NCBI GenBank assembly: GCA_018221205.1
Contig: JAAOYF010000046.1
Coordinates: forward strand, 1,999-65,998
Direction: 5' to 3'
DNA length: 64,000 bases
Source of the DNA: Candidatus Woesearchaeota archaeon
GTDB taxonomy: Archaea > Nanobdellota > Nanobdellia > Woesearchaeales > WJIZ01
Of this stretch, positions 24,201-33,200 are shown in pieces; positions within the stretch are counted from its first letter, which is position 1, and every line of letters starts with the position of its first letter. Under the pieces are notes generated by a model. It was not told where the DNA came from. It made no database searches and worked only from the letters and a program-made list of their open reading frames with translations. The translations under genes and the position numbers were made by a program.

Positions 24201-27200
24201 CTCACTACTGTCACTACTGCTAATATCTTCAGTAATGAAACACTTTCTGTGGACATTAATGTCACGAATGATGGGGAACTTGGTGGCCAGATCAATGTCA
24301 CGTGTTATCTCGATAATGCTTTCTTTGATTCATATCTTACTACTATCACAACAGGCAGCTATAATTACTCTACCTGTACAAAATCCATCACGAATGAAGG
24401 AGGAACTAATCATAGTATCAGGGTTGCAATTGACCCTCTTGATCAAATTGTTGAATTTGTTGAAACTAATAATAATCAAACACTGAGTATTAATATCACC
24501 CAATTGACAGGATTTAATATTTCTTCAACAACTCCATACGTCGATAAACAAGTAACATTCTTCTTTAATTATACTCGAGATAATGATAATAGCAATCTAG
24601 GTCCTGCTCTAGCTGCACGATGGACTGCAAGCACTGGAACAGGCAACCTACTGTTTTCTGTCGCTATTGGAGACCCTAATAATGATAGTCTGATGGAAGT
24701 TGTTGTTGGAGATGCAGATAGAGATGTGTTCCTCTATAATTTTTCTGGATCGCAAATTGATTCAACAAGTTTTGGCTCTACGAATGATGTTAAAGGAATT
24801 GCTATCGAAGATTTAGACAATGATGGAAAAGACGAAATCATTTATGGGGATGACGGCTCAGGTCCATTGCTAAGGGTCATTAATGAGACTCTTGATGTAC
24901 TTGCAACAACATCAGGCCCCCAGGTTTGGAATATACAAATAGGGGATATCAACAATGACAGTATCAAGGAGATCATAGCGAGCGGTTCAGGAACTAACGA
25001 TACTAATGTTTATAACTACACTGGCAGCAGTCTAACTCATCTATGGGGGTGGGAATACGGTGGCATAGTACTTTATCATGCTGTAGACCTTAAGGATATT
25101 ACTGATGATGGAGTTCTAGATATCATTGTCGGCTCTCTAGGAAGCAACCTTACTGCATTCTATGGCAATGGGACCATAATATGGAATGTAGATACTGGGT
25201 TGGGAATCTATTCTGTTGAAGCAGGAGACATTGATGGAGATGATGATATTGAAATAGTGATCGGAGATGATGCTGGAGACGTTACTGTCTATAACTCCAC
25301 TGGAGGAGTAGAAGTTTCTACTACTTCTCTTGATGCTGGCGATGTTCAAGATATCGAAATCTCTGATTTGGACAATGATGGAACCAATGAGATCATTGTC
25401 TCCAGCCTATCAGAACTCTATATTCTGAATTCCAGCCTGGATACTTTAACATCAGTTCCCACTTCTTCAATTTTTTATAGTATCCACATCGCAGATGTCA
25501 CAGGAGATAGTCTGAAAGATATCATCGTTGGCATGTCTTCAACGACCAATGAGACAAGAGCATACACCTATTACCAAGGTTCACTAACAAATATCTGGAA
25601 CTATGATTTTGGTGGTGAAGTTCCGTATAAAGGAATTGCCTTAGCTGACGTTGATAATGACAGCTTATCAGATATTGCTGCGGCATCTAAAGGTGCTGGC
25701 ACCAATGTCATCCTCACCAAACTTGAGAACTGCGATATCTGGTTCAATGATACTAATGTATGGAAGCCTATGGGCTATAACTTTACTACACTTGAATATA
25801 ATTTCAACAGGACGTTCAGCCAATCAACGACTTATGCTTATAATATCTCATGCACGAGGAATTCGACAGCTCCCCTGTTATTCTTCGAAGCTCAGACATA
25901 TAGTTCTACTTTTGATGTCTTGGAGACTCCTATCAATCTATCAATCTCTGATCTTTCAGACAGCCAGACAACTTATGCAAACTTCACTCAGTTCTATGCT
26001 AACTATAGCTATGATGGCCTGCCTATCTCTTCGAATGCATACTGTGAATTTAGGCATAATAAGACAGGAATATGGAAATCATTAGGGAATATGACTTATA
26101 ATGGTGGAAGCAAGCTGTATAACTGGACTGGTGATTGCGGATATTTAGCAGGACATAGTTGTATGCCTGTGGGTAATTATTCATTTAATGTAAGCTGCTT
26201 TGATTTAAGCGGTAGCTATGATAATCTCTCTGCTGTTGATAGTGTTGTTGTTACGGATTATGCAACTACATTAGCTCTTGAGAATGGATCTGATTCATAT
26301 TCGACAACTGATGTTGCGTATTTCTATGCGAATTTTACAACGAGCCATCAGTTTAGTCAAGGATATGGTGCAGAGATCGGCAGAGTCATGTACAATAGGA
26401 CCACCTTGTCCAATGTGGGCACTGTTGATTTCTTCGATTGCCAGAATAAAGGCATCAATGATTGTATGGTCACCACATATCCAAATGGAAATATCACTGT
26501 CTACTATGCCGATGGGTCTCGCTATTGGTCATATCTCTATGCTGGATCACAGACTGATGGAGTTGGTAGTAATATCGCTATCGGTGATTTAGATGGTGAT
26601 GGCTATTTCAATGACATCGCTGCGCCAACAACAGATGGCCCCAATATCTTCGTCCTCAATGAGACTGGAGCGCTCGTCTTCGAGAGCAGCTTTGGCGAAA
26701 CAACTTATTTGGATGCTGTGGTCGGCATCGGCGATCTCGATGGAGACGGACTCAAGAACGATATTGTCAACAACCATGGAGGCGGTCAGTTCGACGGTTT
26801 TTCAGCATTTAATACTTCTGATGGGAAGACGTGGAACAGTAAATGGAATTATTCGGAGGGTGGCGCGTCGAGCAGCGTTGCAAGGACCATCTTGCTCTAC
26901 GATTTTGCTGGTACTGGGCATGATGAGGTCGTGGCTAACTGGTTCCTTGGCAGCTGCTGCGAACCAGATAACAAAGTGGTCTACGGCAATAACGGATCAC
27001 TCTTCTTCAATCTCTCAGGTGATCAAGTCCACGGAGCTAGTCTGCTGACCATAGACGTCAATCATGACGGAGTGATGGAACTCATCCAGGTCGGCTACAA
27101 TGACCTACGAGTCTTCAGGGCCAATAGCACACAGCTCTGGTCTGCATCCTTTTCAGGTCATTCCTTTGATGCCCAGATTGTTGATTATGATATTGATGGG

Positions 27201-30200
27201 TGGACTGATGATATCATCACGTCGAGGAGACCCTATAATCAAGATCCCTTGTACTTAGAGATGTATGATAACTCAAGCAACAATGTCTGGAGCGTGCTTC
27301 TTTCAGATACTCGAGATGATATCTATTCTCTTTCAGCTGCTGATATCGATGGAGATGGCGTTGACGAAATCTTTGCAGGATCTAATCAAGGGTGGCTCTA
27401 TATGTTCAATGTCTCAGGCAATATGAGCTGGAGCCAAAACGTGAGTCTTGGCTCTATCGGCACTGATAATGGCCAGATGCCAGGCATCGATGTCCATGAT
27501 ATCACCGGAGATGGATTGCTTGACTTCCTTGTCGGCTTCGATGACGGTGCTTTCAAAGTATATCAGGATGGCGGCTGCAGTATAGAGTATAATGATAGTA
27601 CAGTTGATATGACGTGGAACGAGACGTTGAATACATGGCAGACAAGTAGGACCTTTGCAGGCTCAGGAACATGGAATTATAATATCAGCTGTTCTAAAGG
27701 CGGCTATACTACTCAGACTGTTGTTTCGAACATTGAGGTGGGTGCTAAACCAGTCTTCAATATCAATTATACTATTCCAATCCCACCAGTATTCTTACAA
27801 GAAGTCACTATCCATGCGAATGTGACTGATCCCGACAATAACCTCCATTCTGTCAACTTTACTTTGCAGAGTCCTTCTGGATTCAATTATATCAACAATG
27901 TCAATGGTACGAATTTCAACAATGACCTCTGGAATTCCAGTGGTTTTACGTTGAATGAATCAGGAACATGGATCTGGACGATCAATGCGACAGATACAGA
28001 CGGCTTTACTGCAGCAAGCATGGGCAGTTTCCATGTCGCTGATTATAATGTAACGTTCTTTATTAATGAGACTCAGACACTTGGCTTTGGATTCATCAAT
28101 GGCTCTACGTATAATGTTACTTATAACCAGACGTTCTATGGTTATACATTGGATTCTGGCACCGGCCATTTCAGTTCTTTCATCTTCAATGCTTCTCCGA
28201 ATGCAAGCTGGGTGAATATCTCTTGGGTGAGCAATAATCTTGAGATTAATCCTGAAGAGCCATTGGCTGAAGATCTTGTCTTGTTGTTGCATTTCAATAA
28301 TGATTCGAGATATGGTGAGAATAGTACTTATGTGAGGGATTTCTCACCTTATGGATGGAATGCAACTTGTACCTCTGTATGTCCAGATAACCAAACTAAT
28401 GCTGGTAAATTCCAAGGAGCGTGGAACTATGCAGCTGATACAGGATTCTTCATAACAGATCCAGGAACTTCCTCATTGGACTTCGCAAACAGCTCTATAA
28501 TCACTATCTCTGCTTGGTTCAACTTCTCGGGTAATGATAATGTCTTAGTTACTAAAGGAGATGCTTCATCGATAAATGCAAACTATAAGATCGATATCGA
28601 CACTTCTGGTACAGATGTTGACTTCACTTATATTGATGAGAACTCACAGACACATTCTTGGCTAGGTGCATCTGGTTCTATGGTACAATTCAACATATAC
28701 CACCTTGTGTTCTCTTACACGTTTGGCGACAATGAATCAGTCAAAGTCTATGTAAATGGGGTGAATTATACAGGAAGCTGGACAACCGGGAATGGTTCAT
28801 CATCGCCTAGTACCATGAATGATCCGTTGACTATAGGTTATGCGGACTTTACTTCCGGCTACTTTAATGGATGGATTGATGAATTGGCTATCTGGAACCG
28901 ATCCTTGTCAGAAATAGAAATCCATGATCTTTATTATCGTGGAACACAGCGACTAAATATTTCTGCACGAAGCTGTGATGATTCAAGTTGTTCAGGAGAA
29001 AGCTGGACTGAGATAACTGATTACACTCCGCAAGACTTTAGTTTAGCGGATAATCCTTATTTCCAATATAATGTCAGTTTCTCAACGACTAATATAAGTT
29101 ACAAGCCTAAATTGTACAATGTTACTATTGGTTATTATCAAGATCTGACTCAACCTTCTGTCATCTTGAATTATCCAACGAATGGATTAGGAATATCGAG
29201 CTCAAGTGTCAATTTCAACTGGACCGCAACAGATAATGTGCATACTAATTTATTATGCAATCTCACTATCAATGGAAAGGTGAATGTTACTGCCAATGCA
29301 ACTTCGGGAGTGCATGAGAATTATCAAGTGAATAATCTTGCTGATGGCAGTTATGATTGGAATGTAACGTGTAAAGATGGATCGCAGAATGCGAATACTT
29401 CTCTTACGTATAGTTTTACTATAGATACGACTGCTACTTCTATCAGCTTTGCTGATCCTACTCCGTTGAATGCTACTTTTGTCAATGAGGATTATGCTAT
29501 TATTAATGTGTCTATCACTGAGGCTGATTTAGATAAACTTGTCTTCAATTGGAACGGGACTAACTTTACAATCTATAATGATTCTTTAGTCTTGATGTAT
29601 AATCTTGATAATGTCTCTGCTTTAGGTGAGAATGATACTCATGTTGTTGATATGAGCGGACACGGTTATAATGGCACTTCTTTGGTTAACAACAGCGACG
29701 GCAGTTTCAGGGGCCCAAATGCAACAGGAAGATATGGATCTGCATATGAATTTGATGGAATAGATGATTATATCAATCTTGGAGCGGTTGATGTATTTGA
29801 AGATTTGAGCCAGTTGAGTACCTGCTTATGGTTTAAAACAGCACATACAGGGACAAGCAGAGATATTTTCACACAGCAAGTTGACACCGTCTGGATTCAA
29901 ACTGGCCTTTCAGGGACAGTATTTGCTACAAGGGTAGCTACTTCCTCCTGGGTCAATGGTAATAAGATAGTCAATGATGGATTATGGCATCATGGATGTA
30001 TTACTTATAACGGATCAGATGTATTTCTGTATGTCGATGGAGCCCAGGATGCCAATGTATCGGACGCGAATTCAGCTACTGTAACCACTGGAGATTCTGT
30101 TTATGTCGGTGGTACTGCCACATACTTCAATGGCACTATAGATGAAATCATCGTATGGAACACGACTCTCGGAAGTGCAGAAATCAATCAACTCTATTTT

Positions 30201-33200
30201 ACCAATCTTCGGAAATATGATTCTAACAAATGGATTCTCTATATCAATCAATCTTATAATTCTTCCTTAGGACTTGATGAAGGAAGTTATACTTATCAAG
30301 CCTTTGCTTCAGATAGTACTGGCAATGGTGCGAATACTGATCAACGAGATCTAGAAGTTGATCTGACGAATCCAGGCATAGAGTTTGTGTTCCCGACAGC
30401 AGCTAATAATTCAGTGATCAACCAGAGTGCAATCTATATCAATCTCTCGACGAGTGATGATAATGAACATTATAGTTTTGTTGATATGGACAGTTCTTTA
30501 GTTGGTTGGTGGCGGTTTGATAATATTTCAGGAGGGCAAGTCATAGATGAATCAGGGTATGGTGGACATGGAACGATTGTGGATGCGATACCATCTGTAT
30601 CTGGGAGATATGGAGAGTCGATGAAGTTTGATGATGACCTTGATTATGTCAATATGACATACAATGAGGCATGGAATGTGAAGAACGATGAACTTACCAT
30701 CAGTTTCTGGCTACAATGGGATGGAACAGGAGTTGATGGAAGAGCAGTCTCTAAGACCGAGATTAACGGTACAGAATCTTATGGACTATATCCGATAAAT
30801 TCTGTAGGTTCTGAAGTACGATTTAGAATCAGAACAGGTGGCACTACTACTGGACTGATGTGTGACTATAATGCTGTTGCAGATAGTGGTTGGCATCATT
30901 GGATCGGTAGATATAATGGTACACATATGGCAGTCTTTATCGATACACAAAATTGTGGTACTCCAATAGCAAAGACAGGAACTCTCGATTATGGAACTTC
31001 AGCTAATGCTACCCTCTTATTCGGTGCTAATAAAAATCTTTATGGGGGAGGAGTTAGAAATCTTACTAGTGCAACTCTTGATGAAGTCATGATCTTTAAT
31101 CGAAGTCTCTCTTATGAAGAAATTCAATCTCTCTATAATGCTACCCTCTATCAATTCCAGAAAAACTTTACTGATTTATCGGATGGGGAACATACTTTTA
31201 CAGGATATGTTGTGGATAGGGCAGGAAATAGAAATGAAACTGAACAGAGGAATTATACTGTTCTAGGTGTGAATTATAATCTTACTTATTATAAGAATGA
31301 GACTGCAACAACTGTTAAAGGATTCAGAGATGCTACTTTAGTTAATGTAAGCTATAGTCTTGGAGATAAGGCTGTTACGTTGGATAATGGTGTTGGTTAT
31401 TATCTATCGAATGTCTTCAATGCGTCTTCGAATGTGAGTTGGGTGAATGTCTCCTTAGAAAATAATCTTGGCGAGCTAGACATTAACGCGCCTTACACGA
31501 GTACTTATGGTTTGATTGGGTTATGGCACTTTAACAATGATAGCAGGTATGAAAATGATTCATTTATCTATGATTTCAGCGGAACAGGTACTAATGGAAC
31601 GTGTACTAATTGCCCAACACTCACTTCAGATGCGAAATATGGCAATGCCTATGACTTTGATGGGGCTGATGATTTATGGACCATGTCCTCTCCAAGCCAT
31701 GTTGATGATCTTGATCAAAAAGGGGGCATGTCAGCATGCTGGTGGATGAATATTGAAGAGGATGCTTCACAAGCAGGTGTGCTGGGCAAGACACTTGCTG
31801 CTTCGAATGGGTATTGGACAGTTCAAATTGCAAGTGCCAGCAACAATCGATTGCTTTTTGAGAAAGATCTTCCGGGAGATAATACAGCCAAAAGCTGGGA
31901 TCAAGCTTATTCCATTGGTATATGGGAACATTTCTGTCTGACTTGGAACGGGGGAGCTCATCGTTTCAATGCCACTGAAGGAATACATCTCTATCGCAAC
32001 GGAACATTACTTCCATATCTAGCAGCAACCAATGGCTCTGGAACAGATAGATCTGATGCAAGCTTAGACTTCGAAATCGGAAGAAGCCAGTTTGTTCTGA
32101 ATGGGACGATTGATGAAGTGATGCTTTTCAACCGAAGCATATCTGCAAACGAAGTGCAGGAAATTTATGAGGGCGGCTTGCGTAAACTCAATCTTTCTAT
32201 CAGAAGCTGTGATGATTCTGCTTGTTCAGGAGAATCTTGGACCCAAGTTGATAATTATTCATTCCAATCACTTGGTGGAGTGAATAATACCTACTTCCAG
32301 TATAATGTTTCCTTCACTACTACTAATATGAGCTTTAAGCCACGGTTATATAATGCCACTGTGCATTATTATTCTGATCGAGGGCCTCCAAGTATAGACT
32401 TGCATGAACCTACTCCTGCTGCCTCTTTCTCCATCAATGATATTGAGTTCAACTGGACTGCTACTGATAATGTGCATGCTACGCTTACTTGTGACATTAT
32501 CATCAATGGTACAGTAAATGTCTCTGGTATCAGCTCAACATCGGGAATGTATACTAATTATTCTATCTATAATTTCGCTGATGGTTATTATCATTGGAAT
32601 GTCAGTTGCGCCGAGATCAGTCTTAATTCGAATACTTCTTTGACCAGAAACTTCACTGTCGATACATCTGGCAATCCGCCAGCATGGGATAATGTCACTT
32701 CAGATGTTCCAGGCAAAATAAATGAACAGAAATACTTCTTTGCCAACTGGACGGATGATATTGGATTAAGTGTGTATGTCTTTTCTTGGAACGGGACGAC
32801 TGGAACATGGGCTAATGATAGCTCAGTTGCAATGACTACAACGAGAAATGAAAGCAATATCACTAAAATCATCAATCTCACGAGAGGAAATGTCATCGGT
32901 TGGAGGATCTATGCACAAGATGTCGGCGGACAGTGGAACTGGACAAATCTTAATACCTTTACTGTTGAAAATACTCCTCCAACTGCTGTCAATCTCAGCT
33001 TGCCTGTCAATATGTCTACTATCTATGACAGAAGGCCATTCTTCAACTGGAGTCCAACACATGATGCTGATAATGACTCTATCACTTACACCATTGTGAT
33101 AGATGAGTGGGATGATTGCTCAGGAAACGGGCTGGAATGCATAACTTCTACCATCACCGACACAACCTCTGCAACGAATTATACACCATCACCATATCTT

